DNA from: Octopus sinensis
Taxonomy: Eukaryota
Length of the DNA: 64,000 nt
Assembly (NCBI RefSeq): GCF_006345805.1
Contig: NC_043011.1
Location: forward strand, 33,740,464-33,804,463
Direction of reading: 5' to 3'
Part shown: positions 13,863-26,792 of the stretch, piece by piece
Layout of the letters: the number at the start of each line of letters is the position of its first letter
Numbering within the stretch: the first letter of the stretch is position 1
The notes under the pieces: generated by a model
The model's input: the letters and a program-made list of their open reading frames with translations, nothing else
The model's database searches: none
Told to the model about the DNA's origin: nothing
Made by a program: the position numbers and the translations under genes

Positions 13863-14154
13863 CAGTGATTCTCAACCATTTTTTGCCTGTGGTCTCCTTT
13901 GATTCCCATTTTAATTGGGCAGGCCCTCACAGCCATTCGATGTCTAAAAATATCCCATTATATTTTAATAATTAAATATTATTAAGAATTGCTTAAAAAA
14001 TACTAAGACTTATGATACCTGAAAGAAGTATAAGCAATTTATTGCAGATAAATTTGAACAAAAGCAATTTTATATGGACCTCCAAAGGTCATATGAACCC
14101 CTAAGGATCATATGGAGCCACACGGGTCATATGGGGCTTGGTTGAGAACCACTG
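13863..14154. mobile_element. hAT-type MITE
   Basis: TIR CAGTGATTCTCAACC / GGTTGAGAACCACTG; 8-bp TSD ATCTATAT / ATCTACAT (7 of 8). Confidence 0.85.
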
Positions 14155-14489
14155 ATCTACATCAGCAACAAATTGTCAATGTCCACAATAAACATACAGT
14201 ATCTATGTCAATAACAAACATAAATTATGCACATTAGTAACAAACATAAATTATGTACATCAGTAACAAGCATAGAATTAATAATCTATAACAGGTATAA
14301 ATTATGAAAATTAGCTGAATGAGTAAAACTTCTAAATTTTAGATATTACTTCATTGTTAAAACTGAATCATTTTAATTTGCTTATATTTTTCTAAATGAG
14401 TCATTTTAAGTGATTTTCAATTGTTGTGTATGATACATTTAACCCCTCTGCAATCTCTCACACAGTTATACGAGAATCAGATTTAATTA

Positions 14490-14885
14490 TGGCTTTGATT
14501 CGGTCATCATTCAGTATGTTGACCAGAACGTTGGTCAACTTTGAGTGAAAAATCTCCAGAATGGAATTTTTTACTCCATTTCTGACATGTGTGTTCAGTT
14601 AAGCAATCAATACCATATACTTCACATATCCCTTTGTGAGCCTTGGCAGCTTTTTTGCCTTTGTGGAAATAAAAAAGCAAAATATGGTGAAAATGTTTGT
14701 CTTTGCACTCCATGTTAAAATTGACACTGAACTAACAGATGTAAACAAAATTACATGCAATTTGCTTCTAAAGTCAGCAAAAAGTAATGGCTATCAAATG
14801 TCAAAAGGAAAAAAAAAAATCATACAGTCGTAGTCATGGCCAATTTCATTGTTGCATAACTGGCCCATTTAAAAGCACCCTTTAA
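14490..14885 (-). mobile_element. Truncated mariner: 5' end plus N-terminal HTH coding remnant
   Basis: ORF 14507-14713 MECKDKHFHHILLFYFHKGKKAAKAHKGICEVYG...WSKKFHSGDFSLKVDQRSG is a mariner HTH; boundaries approximate. Confidence 0.8.
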
Positions 14886-16048
14886 TTGTTGGCTGATTGT
14901 GAAGACCTATTGAACCAAGTGAAATTTTAGTTGTGACCATGCCAGAGCCACCTAACTGGCACCTGTGCCAGTGACACATAAAAAACACACTTCGTGCATG
15001 GCCGATGCCAGAGCTGCCTGACTGGCATCCATGCTGGTAGCATGCAAAAAGCACCATTCAAGCATGGTTGATGCAAGTGTTGCCTGACTGGCACCTGTGC
15101 CAGTGATACGTAGAAAATATCGTCCAAGCGTGGATGATACCAGTGCTGCCTGACTCTCAGAGTAGTTGACATTAGGAAGAGCAGCCAGCTGTAGAAACTT
15201 TGCCAAATCAGATTGGAGCCTGGTGCAGCCTCCCGGCCTACCAATTCTCAGTCAAACCGTCCAACCCATGCCAGCAAGAAAAGTGGACACTAAATGACGA
15301 TGAAGATGATGATGATGATGATGATTGCCATATCACCAGAATCTTAAATTCACTGAATTCTTGGACTTTGGATGCCATATATTACTCTCAAGAATTAAAA
15401 CTATCATGATTTGAAAAGAGTTTGAACTGCAGGACCAAACCTAGAACTTCTTAACCTCATGCTCATATAACTTATATTATAAGAACTGAAGAAAGCTTAA
15501 AATCTTGTTAGCACATGATCAAGATCTCTCATCAACTTGGGGTTTTAGGCTAACTCAATATCTATGGCAATACTTAGTATGTTCACACCACCATAACAGA
15601 TTCACAGGTTTTAATAGGTTCCATACTTTAAGTTAAGCCTTTTGCTATTCACTTTCACAAATTTTCTTACCAACATAAGAAACTACACTTAAACTGAAGT
15701 TATGTAAGAAGAACAGGGGAAAATATTTAAATTACCTTGTTTTATTCTACACATGCAATTGAATTCTTCCTACTCTTGAGTAGTTGGTTGGCTGGCTGGC
15801 TGACTAAACATTCTAGAAGGGGCATTTAAATAACACTGCCAAAGAATTTGAAGATATCTACTTCCTATGTTAAAACTAATCCAAAGTGAAAATGATCTGC
15901 AGAGTTGAACAGGAAATGAGATGGGAGAAACAATCTAGAAATAGATAAAGCCTGCCATCATGCAGAAGCTTTTGAAACTTAATCTCAAAAAAATCTTAAT
16001 AATAACGTCTAATCAAATTCATGAATAATTTTTCTGCTTTAGCTTTAT

Positions 16049-16049
16049 C

Positions 16050-16114
<65 letters not shown>

Positions 16115-16131
16115 TAATAATAATAATAATG

Positions 16132-16192
<61 letters not shown>

Positions 16193-16203
16193 TAATAATA
16201 ATG

Positions 16204-16258
<55 letters not shown>

Positions 16259-16278
16259 TAATAATAATGATAATAATG

Positions 16279-16332
<54 letters not shown>
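16049..16332. repeat. (TAA)n microsatellite (representative)
   Basis: Others at 325-392, 700-760, 10063-10171, 11785-12018, 20020-20190, 41150-41228, 54918-55000. Confidence 0.95.
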
Positions 16333-16333
<1 letters not shown>

Positions 16334-16431
16334 GTGCTTGTCTGATATTGAAAGGCAGCATCGGACAAAACATCTAATTACAGGAGTCATCTTAATTCCA
16401 CAACAACCAGAGACTGACAGATGGATAAGAA

Positions 16432-16473
<42 letters not shown>

Positions 16474-17759
16474 ATGTAATGTATGAATTTGTATGACATT
16501 CAAGTTTAACAAATAAAAACCACTATTCAGCATGGATTATAAAATACTGAAGAAGATTGCACTGGAAATTGGCAACTGTTTAAAATATACCACTAAAAAG
16601 ATTGTGTGAATGTATGTGTTTGTGTGTGTCTGTGTACAGGTGCACGGGCACACATGCGATATTGTATAATAAGATATATCTTGAGAATCATCGCCAACAA
16701 TGTACATATAAACAGATGTAAAAATGATCTGTGTATTTAATTTCTAACACGGAATTGACAAAGGAAACATAAATGAGATCAATACTGTTCACAACGGATG
16801 CCTGAGGGAAAATTATTAAATCTTCTGGCCTGGCATAGTGTTAAATGAGGAACCATAATGTAAAACCAACTGTAGTAGAGCAGTTCTTGAAATAAAACAC
16901 CAATGGCTCAGATGGCTCCAACTTATGTTGTTTCAGGGCAGCATTAAGACAGACACCACCAAGGAACTGAAAACAAAACCTGCAATTTCATAGGAGGGTG
17001 TAAGTCAATTACATCAGCTCCAGTGATCAACTCCTACTTATTTTATCAACCCCATAAGGATGAAAATTCAAAGTTGACCTCAGGAAAATTTGAACTCAGC
17101 GCATAAAGATGGATGAAATGCTGCAAAACATTTTGCCCAGTGTGCTAACAATTCTGCCAGCTTGCTGCCCGGTCTGTTAAGATTTTTTTCATTTCCCTCT
17201 GTGCCAGTTCGCCATGCTCATCTGATAGTCAAAAGACCCTTTTTGATTTGTTTCTATTGTTGTTGTATTCATACAATTATTTTCTTTTTGTTGTATAGCC
17301 GAAAGGTGTTTGTCCATTGTATATGTATATTCTATTTCATAATGTTACGTTCGTCCCATAGTCAAAAGACCCTTCCTGTTATTTACTTATTTGTATTCGT
17401 ATATATACAAAAAATATTTCCTTCTTCTATTGTATAGCCAAAAGGCATTCTGTCATTTGTGTATAATTCTAGCTTTCTTGTTTTTGCTTCCATTTCTGTT
17501 TTCATTCTCGTACACATTTGTTTGCCTTTCCCAGAGGCTTAATGTTTTTAGCTTAAGTCCCTGGCCCTGCCAAATCTGAGTAGTATCAGAGATAAAGAGG
17601 TGAAACTACAAAGACATTTCAGACTCTAACTGAAAAAGTTTTTGGCTCGGAATGTTCTGTGTATCTTGTTTTAGTCCTGTTTGCCATTTGTCGTGCTATC
17701 GTCCATTTTTCTGCAAGTTGGTTTCTGTTTCTTGTTTTCTTTCTATTCTAACTTTGATT

Positions 17760-17795
<36 letters not shown>

Positions 17796-18203
17796 ATTGA
17801 AATTAAAATTAAATTTTTACATTTTTACATTTTGGCATTTTGCTGAGATTTTTTCTTGAGAACACATTCTTCGTGTTAATGGCAATTTGACGTCTATGTT
17901 TAGCATATAGGGTGTCCACTTTAGTGGTCATTCCTCTTAATTTTGTATGTATATATATATATTGAAAGGACCAATGGTCCTTTCTGAGCCAAAGGCTCAT
18001 AAGACTAATTTCCCAGAGTCTGTGTAGCATACATTTTTCCTCTGGACAAGATGCCAATCTGTTGCAGGATTACGCACTTTTACCAGGTGTGTGGACTGGT
18101 GCAACATGAAATGAAGTGTTTTGCTTAAGGATATCACTTAGTCCAGGAATCAAAACCACAATTTTATGATTACACTAACCACTATAGCATATGCCTGTCT
18201 CTT

Positions 18204-18242
<39 letters not shown>

Positions 18243-18550
18243 TATATATATATATATATATAATGTCATGTCCCACTATCTCCAACTGTGGCAGAATGTA
18301 CACCAACATAATGTACACCTCTATAGTATTTGAACTTTCAGAAAAAGATGTCAAGATTTATCTATTCTGTGATGTTATCGTCCTATCTCTTAGGTCACCA
18401 ACCTCTGTTTCTCTTTCCATTAATCATGCCTTCCAAACAGGTCTTGTTGATGTCACAGACCATTCACTTAATGTGACTAAGCTGTTTGAGTACTTTATAT
18501 ATATATATATGTGTGTGTATATATATATATATATATCTCACCCTTATTAA

Positions 18551-18593
<43 letters not shown>

Positions 18594-18731
18594 CATACAT
18601 ATATATATACATATATATATATATACATATAATATATATGTATATATATACATATATATATATGTATATATATATATATGTAGAAGGTTGAAAAGGAACA
18701 CACGAGTTGATATATATGAAAAATCAAGTCA

Positions 18732-18801
18732 AGATAGAAAATGCTAAAATAATTTTATAAAGAACATGTTCTTTATAAAATTATTTTAGCATTTTCTATC
18801 T
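18732..18801. repeat. Perfect 70-bp loopless palindrome
   Basis: AGATAGAAAATGCTAAAATAATTTTATAAAGAACA|TGTTCTTTATAAAATTATTTTAGCATTTTCTATCT, checked base by base. Confidence 0.95.
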
Positions 18802-18840
18802 CGACCTGTTTTTTCATATATATATACATATATATATATA

Positions 18841-19595
18841 TCATCATCATCATCATCATCATCGCTTAACGTCCGTTTTCCGCGCTAGCATGGGTTGGAC
18901 GGTTTGACCGGGGTCTGGGAAGCCAGGGACAGCACCAGGCTCCAGTCTGATCTGGCAGTGTCTCCACAGCTGGATGCCCTTCCTAACGCCAACCACTCCG
19001 CAAGTGTAGTGGGTGCTTTTTACGTGCCACCGGCATAGGTGCCAGGGGAGTCTGGCATCGGCCATGATCGGTTGGTGCTTTTAACGTGCCACCGGCACGG
19101 AAGCCAGCCAAGGCGGCGCTGGCATCGGCCACGTTCGGATGGTGCTTTTTATGTGCCACCGGCACAGAAGCCAGTCGAGGCGGCGCTGGCATCGGATACG
19201 TTCGGACGGTGCTTTTTATGTGCCACCGGCACAGAAGCCAGTCAAGGTGGCGCTGGCAACGGCCAAGTTCGGATGGTGCTTTTTATGTGCCACCGGCTCA
19301 GGTATCACAACTACTATTTCCATTGATATTTGTTTCGATGTTCATGTACATGCACTTGACTCAACAGGTCTCCTCAAGCACAGCAAGATGTTCTGGGATC
19401 CAAGGTACTTTGAATGGGCAGGGGCTATGCGGGACTGGTGCCAGAAGCAGCCCGGGTCTTTGCAGTCACAGCACATCTCCAGAGATCTCGGTCCTTCGCC
19501 ATTGCCTCAGTGAGGCCCAATGCTCTGAGGTCATGCTTGACTACCTCATCCCATGTCTTCCTGGGTCTACCTCTCCCCCTGATTCCTTCAACTGT
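18841..19595 (-). mobile_element. 5'-truncated RTE-clade LINE: ORF2 C-terminus, repeat-rich 3' UTR and (GAT)n tail
   Basis: Minus translation RGRPRKTWDEVVKHDLRALGLTEAMAKDRDLWRCAV; the 3' UTR has ~60-bp GTGCCACCGGCAC units; ends CTAGCGCGGAAAACGGACGTTAAGCGATGATGATG. Confidence 0.85.
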
Positions 19596-19610
19596 TTGGG
19601 AGCGGCACTA

Positions 19611-19685
<75 letters not shown>

Positions 19686-20024
19686 TTATATATATGTACA
19701 ACTTCATATCCAGTCTGCTAATCAGGAATGTGAAATTTGAATAACTAGATTTGAGGTACCAGCTACAATAACGTGTGTGTACATAGTTAAAAAAAAATTG
19801 GTGCTGAGCTTCTTCAAAGCTTGACATTTAGAAACCAAAAGCAATCTGCATCCCCATCACTCATGAGACCCAACTGACTAGAACTAAAGGGTGGATTGGT
19901 TCTAAATTAACAGATAAACAACAACATGGAACCAGGGAATCCAAGAATCCAGTCATCAGGTGACATAACAATGATGATAATGATAATCCTTTCTACTATA
20001 AGCACAAAGCCTGGAATAATAATA

Positions 20025-20062
<38 letters not shown>

Positions 20063-20138
20063 AATGAGGATGATGATGATAATAATAATAATAATGATAA
20101 TAATAATAATAATAATGATAATAATAATAATAATAATG

Positions 20139-20189
<51 letters not shown>

Positions 20190-20633
20190 GTGATCAGGAG
20201 CAGAAGTAGTGGGGGAGCATCATAGCCATGTGTTGAGAGGGATTCTTTGGGGTTTGAATAATTTACCTCTGGAAACATGAGTGGTTCTTTCAACATCATT
20301 AAACAACCCTTATTCAGGGACCTTTTGAGCAGGATGGGCTACTCAACCTGAAGAAATTTCTAACTGAGCCCCACCTGCAAGGTCATATGCTGTTTATCTT
20401 GATATGAGATCACCATGTCGCGCACATATGGTTGTGATGCATGTGCCTGGTGTACCCTTATCAGACGGGTAGTCATGATGGGTATATTGGGCTTCGTATA
20501 TTTTACCCCAGTGTCACTTTGATGGCATGAACTGCTCTCTCACTCAATAATAATAATAAACCTTTCTATTGGAGGCACAAGGCCTGCATAATAATAATTA
20601 TCTTTTCTACTATAGGCACAATGCCTGAATGAT

Positions 20634-20668
<35 letters not shown>

Positions 20669-20792
20669 AAAACAATGACAACAATATGCACTAAATTATT
20701 TTAGCTAAGATATGTCAAACAATTATGGTGTTACATTAGGAGGTTATTTGCACTCATGCAAAACAACAATAATAATAATAATAATAATAATA

Positions 20793-20841
<49 letters not shown>

Positions 20842-21417
20842 CAAAAAGATCTTGTGTGCTAGTATAAGAAATAATCTAATTAACATTAACAAAACAATAA
20901 CTATACAAGACATGATTAACTGACTAATTAAGCATTTCAATGTAAGAAGGCTTTAATTAATTTTGACAAATCCAAGACAGAGAAAAAAAAACAAATAAAC
21001 ATAATGAATAATAAATAAGTAGATTGACGAAAAAAGAAATTGAATGATGAAAAATAAGAGATTTAAGTTGTGATGTGGTAACTATAGCAACTGTATTTAT
21101 AAGGAGAAAAAAATCTATGTGAATAACGTGTTAAATAGAGCTAAACAAAAATAACATTTAGAAAGCAATTTACGTGAGTGTTTGTCAGTAATATATAAAA
21201 ACAAAACAGATATAGATATACATATACACACATATATATATATATTTATATACACATACACATACACACAAAAACAAAACATACACAAAGGTCAAGACAT
21301 AGCAATTCTAAATGACAATTCTAAACCAATGACCGGTGGAGGTCATCAGTGTTACTTTTGCAGTCTTCGTGCAGCGGAACTGCAAAGGTGAGGCAGCAGA
21401 AAGCTGACTTGTCTTAC

Positions 21418-21501
21418 CATTGCCGTGACTGGAAGCGCAAAGACTGATGCCCTCTTGCAGTATGACAAGGAGGCGTCCAACGGTGCGTGAACGTCTCGGA
21501 G
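21418..21501 (-). CDS. ITSN: Intersectin C2 beta1/loop1 alternative exon A: (S)PRRSRTVGRLLVILQEGISLCASSHGN(G)
   Basis: 84 nt, phase 1-1; acceptor ctgttcttccgtag, donor G/gtaaga; paralogous to exon B (shared TTGGACG, GAGGGCATCARTCTT, AATG/gta). Confidence 0.85.
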
Positions 21502-22892
21502 CTACGGAAGAACAGGTGACAGACAGATGAAGGTAATGGTAATTATCGTGTTGAGCGGAAATGGTGGATGAAATGTAGGGGAGAGGTGGGGGTGGGAGAT
21601 AAGAGAAAACATGAGGCAATGGTAACAACAACAAAAACATAAAGCAGATGTAGCATATATAAACAAAATAATTATAATATAAATAACAATAATAATAATT
21701 TTTTTTTCTCTGATAAGCACAAGACCTGAAATTTGTGGGGAGGCGGGGCTAGTTAATTTCATCGACCTCAGTATTTGACTGGTACTTATTTCATCAACCC
21801 CCAAAAGGATGAAAGGTAAAGTCGACCTCAGTGGAATTTGAACTCAGAACGTAAAGATAGACAAAATATTGCTTAGCATTTTGCTCGGCATGCTAACAAC
21901 TCTGCCAGCTTGCCAATAATGATATTAGTAATGCTTTGAAATTTTGGCACAGGGCCAGCAAGTTTGGAAAAGGGGATAAGTCGATTACATCGACCCCAGT
22001 GTTCGACTGGTACTTATTTCGTCAACCACAATGATGGAATTTGAACTCATGAAATACAGCTAAGCATTTTGTCCGGCATGCTAACAATTCTGCCAGCTTG
22101 CCAAAAATGATAATAATAATTCTTTCAAATTTTGGCACAAGGCCAGCAATTTTAAGGGAGAGAGTAAGTCGATTACGTTAACCCCAGTACTTGACTGGTA
22201 CTTTATTTTATCAACCCTGAAAGGATGAAAGGCAAAGTCGGCCTTAGCTGCATTTGAACTCAGAATGTAAAGAGCTAGGAAAAATACTAGAAGGCATTTT
22301 TTCCAAAGCTCTAATGATTCTGATAATCCAGTAATAGGTGAGGACAAGAATTTCACCCATCTGAAAAGAAATTTCTGAAATAAACATTTAAAAAAAACAA
22401 TACCAAAAATAAGCAAGAAATATATTAATATTTTAAGCAAGGAATATATTGATAAATACAAATATTCTATAAATCATATAAACTTCATACACACATAGAC
22501 ACATACACACAAATACATAGGCACAAATACACACACATGCACACAAATATACACACACATGTAAACATTATGGTTATTAAGATTTTTGTAAATGTAAACC
22601 CATAAAATTATCCTTGCGGAAAGTTTCACAGAGTGTAATATATGTGAATGTGTGCATGCATACATGTGTGAGTACGTATATGTCTATCGCTAGCTACTAT
22701 ACCTTTTTTTATTTTCTCTCTGTTTATTTCTGTGTTCCTCTCTGTTAAAGAGCATAGGCTCGAAACATTAAAGACTTTCTCACTTCCCGATCGTTAAGCT
22801 AATACATTTGTTTATTGTTCACACACCCGTCTTCATCTTTTGTTTTGTTTTCTTGTAAATTCCAACTATATATATATATATATATATATATA

Positions 22893-24157
22893 TTGGGTTG
22901 GCAACTAAGTTCCCACCATTTAAAAAATTTTTGAATCTATTTTTTTTTGAGAATTCTATTTTTGAATCATTTTGGAATCTATTTTATTATTTTTCTAGTT
23001 AATTTTAGTTAATTTTTGTTTATTTTCAGATCATTAAAATGGAATGTCAAGTTAAGAAAAATGAGCATTTTCGACAGCTTTTTGCTTTTAATCAAGGGTC
23101 TAAGGCTGCAAAAGCTGCTCGCGACATTTGTTCCGTGTATGGAGAGGGTGCCATAGTTGAAAGAACCACTCATGATTGGTATGCCAAGTTCAAAATTGGA
23201 AATTTTGACCTCAAAGACACACCTCAATCTGGCCGTCCAGTTGAGTTCGATGAAGAGAGATTAAACCAACTTTTGCACAAATATTCTCGTCAAACGACAA
23301 GGGAACTGGCAGACAAAATGGAATGCTCCCACACTGCTATGGAGAAGCATCTTCATTTGATGGGAAAGTTTCAGAAGTATGGAGTACGAGTTCTGCATGC
23401 TTTAAGTAACAATAACAAAAATCAATGAGCCACAATCTCCGCTAGATTGCTTGCTCATCACTGCTCAACTCATGGACACAAGCAACGATTTCTTTACTGA
23501 ATCATTACTGGCAATGAAAAATGGTGCCTGTACATTAATATGAAGTAGCATAAATAATGGCTTAGCCCCAGTAAACAAGTGACACCGCGTGTGAAACAAG
23601 ATCTTCATCTGCGTAAAACGATGCTGTGCGTATGGTGGGATTGGGAAGGGATTATCCATTACAAATTGCTTGAACGGAACCAAACGGTCAACGTGGAACT
23701 CTATGTTCAACAGATGGAACAACTCAACATGGCTATTCAAGAGAAAAGACTTAATTAGCAGCATGGAGTTCTTCTGCTGCATGACAACGCCCACCCTCAT
23801 ATCGCCAATATGACTAAGGAAGCCATTCAAATGCATGACAGGCAAGTGCTGTCACACCCGCCGTACTCTCCTGATTTGGCACCAGTGGATTTCTACTTCT
23901 ATCAATCTCTTTCAAATGCTATGCACGGACTTTCGTTCAATACTGATACAGAATTGAGAGCTTGGTTGGATCAATTTTTCGAGTTGAAATCGAGTGATTT
24001 CTGCCAATGAGATATTGAAAATTTTGTTGAACTTTGGGAAGAAGTTGTAAACAACAAGGGTGAATACATTATTGATTAATTAGTTTTTATTTTTAATTAA
24101 ACCTTTTAAAAAATTTAAATTTAAAAAAAACCGGCAGGAACTTAGTTGCCAACCAAA
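22893..24157 (+). mobile_element. Full-length (1265 bp) inactive mariner (DD34D) transposon inserted in a (TA)n tract
   Basis: TIR TTGGGTTGGCAACTAAGTTCC / GGAACTTAGTTGCCAACCAAA, TA on both sides, contains a transposase frame. Confidence 0.93.
23039..24079 (+). pseudogene. Mariner transposase pseudogene (347 codons, no net frameshift, six internal stops)
   Basis: MECQVKKNEHFR...SGRP...ITGNEKW...LLHDNAHPH...HPPYSPDLAPVDF...GEYIID*; 34 residues between the second and third D; first catalytic D is N. Confidence 0.92.
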
Positions 24158-24255
24158 TATATATATATATGCATTTACTAGCAGTATGTATACACAATGG
24201 GCTTCTTTCAGTTTCCATTTAACAAATTCACTCACAAGGCTTTGGTTGATCTTTT

Positions 24256-24284
<29 letters not shown>

Positions 24285-24286
<2 letters not shown>

Positions 24287-24500
24287 GGATGCTGGAAAGT
24301 TCCTGGCTTTAAGGATATCGCGAAAGGCATGATTGGAGGCCCAAACTTCCGAATTCTTTTACAGGGCTTAGAGAAAATAAAGGACCACTGCAATAAGTGT
24401 GTGAATCTGAGAGGGGAATATGTTGGATAAAATCATAATCAACTGATCCTCCTGTATTTTCTTTTACCTAAAGCCAAGAACTTTTTAGCATCCCCTTGTG
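24285..24500 (+). mobile_element. Internally deleted mariner (MITE-like)
   Basis: Imperfect TIRs GGATGCTGGAAAGTTCCTGGCTTTA / TAAAGCCAAGAACTTTTTAGCATCC; retains the C-terminal QGLEKIKDHCNKCVNLRGEYVG. Confidence 0.75.
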
Positions 24501-24550
24501 TATATGTATGTATGTATATATATATATATATATATATATAATGTGCGTGC

Positions 24551-24586
<36 letters not shown>

Positions 24587-26239
24587 GGAGTGCATCTGTA
24601 TTTGTACCAGTCTCCAATCACAACTCAACAACTGGTGTTGGTATATTTATGGCCCCATAATTTAACAGTTCTGAAAAAGGGACCACTAGTGTAAGTACAA
24701 AAGTTCTTAAGGAAAATAAGAACTAGGTTTCATTTGTTTGCTAAAACCCTTTAGGTTGGTGTCACGACATGAACACAGTCCAAAGATTGAAACAATTAAA
24801 AGATAGAAGATTTCTCAATGAAATCTTCCCTGAATTTGACATTACAGGCCAGATGCACCTTAGCATTCTGGAATGCATCAGTTCATGCATTATTAGTCAT
24901 GAACAAAAGAAAATGACAACGGCCCCTTACGGAGGTAACCAGGGTAGAGTCCAGAAATGTCAAGCATTCTCTTTCAGTCTTTCTTTCTTCCCCACCTCTC
25001 TTTCTCTCCTCTGTTCACTCCCTATGTTCTTGTTTGTAATTTATTCTTTCTTAATGTATCTCCCTTTAACTCATCGTTTCTCTGACTGTCTCAGTCTCTC
25101 TCTCCCTCTCCCCTCTCTCTTTCTTTCTCTCACATACACATACAAACAAACTCATATAATATATCTCTCCCTAGTTTCTTGTTCGTGAATCATTCTCTCT
25201 CACTGATTTCCTTCCCTTTCTTTCTAAATTCCTTATATCATTTTCTCACTTCAAAAGAATTCACAAAATGAAAATCAACAACAAAAAATAGTCTCAAAAT
25301 ATTTACTCAGCCTAGAAGCCTGAAAAATAAAATTCAACTTTAATACATATCTGCATTAAAATGAAATAAAATAAAGACATAAGTAAATACAATTACATCC
25401 AAAAACAACTAAATAAAAAATATATTGAATATTGAATCCCTAAGTTTAACAAAAACAAACAAAAAACTGCTTCTATATATTCAGATAATGTCAAGTACTT
25501 CTGTTAATGTAATATATTTACACACAAAAGCAGAGGAGAAATCTCAATGAAAGCTCAAAATATCTAGAGATGAAATATTTAGTTTATAGGCGAAGGCATG
25601 GCTGTGTGACTAAAAATCTTGTATAGTAATTATTTGGTTTTAGGTTTGGTTCTACTGAGAGGTACTATGGGTAAGTGTCTTCTACAAGAGTTGTTGCCTG
25701 GCAAATGGCTTGTGAGGGAATTTGGTAGACAGAAACTGTTTGGAAGCTCATCGTATATGAATCTTTATATAATGTTTTGTCTTTTATTTATTTCAGTCAT
25801 TGGACTGCAGCCTTACTGAGATGGCACCTTTGAGGGTTTCAGTCAAATGAATTGATCCCAGTAAATTTTTTTTTCCTTAAAGCTTGGTACTTATTCTATC
25901 AGTCTCTTATAAACAAAACTGCTAAGCCATAGGGACGTAAACAAACCCACACAAGTTGTCAAGTGGTGGTGGGGAACAAATACAAAGATACAGACAGGTA
26001 TACATGTGTATATGTGTGTCTGTGTATATACATAAATATGTTTGTGTGTATATATATGTATATATCATCATCATCATCATCATTTAGCGTCCGTTTTCCA
26101 TGCTAGCATGGGTTGGACGGTTCAACTGGGGTCTGTGAAGCTGGAAGGATTCATCAGGCCCAGTCAGATCTGGCAGTGTTTCTACGGCTGGATGCCCTTC
26201 CTAACACCAACCACTCCGTGAGTGTAGTGGGTGCTTTTT

Positions 26240-26622
<383 letters not shown>

Positions 26623-26741
26623 TATAAGATCGTTTGTAGAGGTCTCAGACCAAACAGTGTTTGGGAACTGAAGATACACCATAAGGCTAAACCCCTTATG
26701 AGCGAGAAAACCAGGGTAACCCCATAATCTGGCCTACCTCA

Positions 26742-26792
<51 letters not shown>

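Noticed and set aside
300-20299. Poly-Ile/Tyr/Leu/Asn ORFs (e.g. 11686-12057, 15996-16390, 19907-20299)
   Set aside because: Translations of (TAA)n tracts.
21300-21350. Box C/D snoRNA (CTGATGA on the minus strand)
   Set aside because: No suitably placed D box or terminal stem seen.
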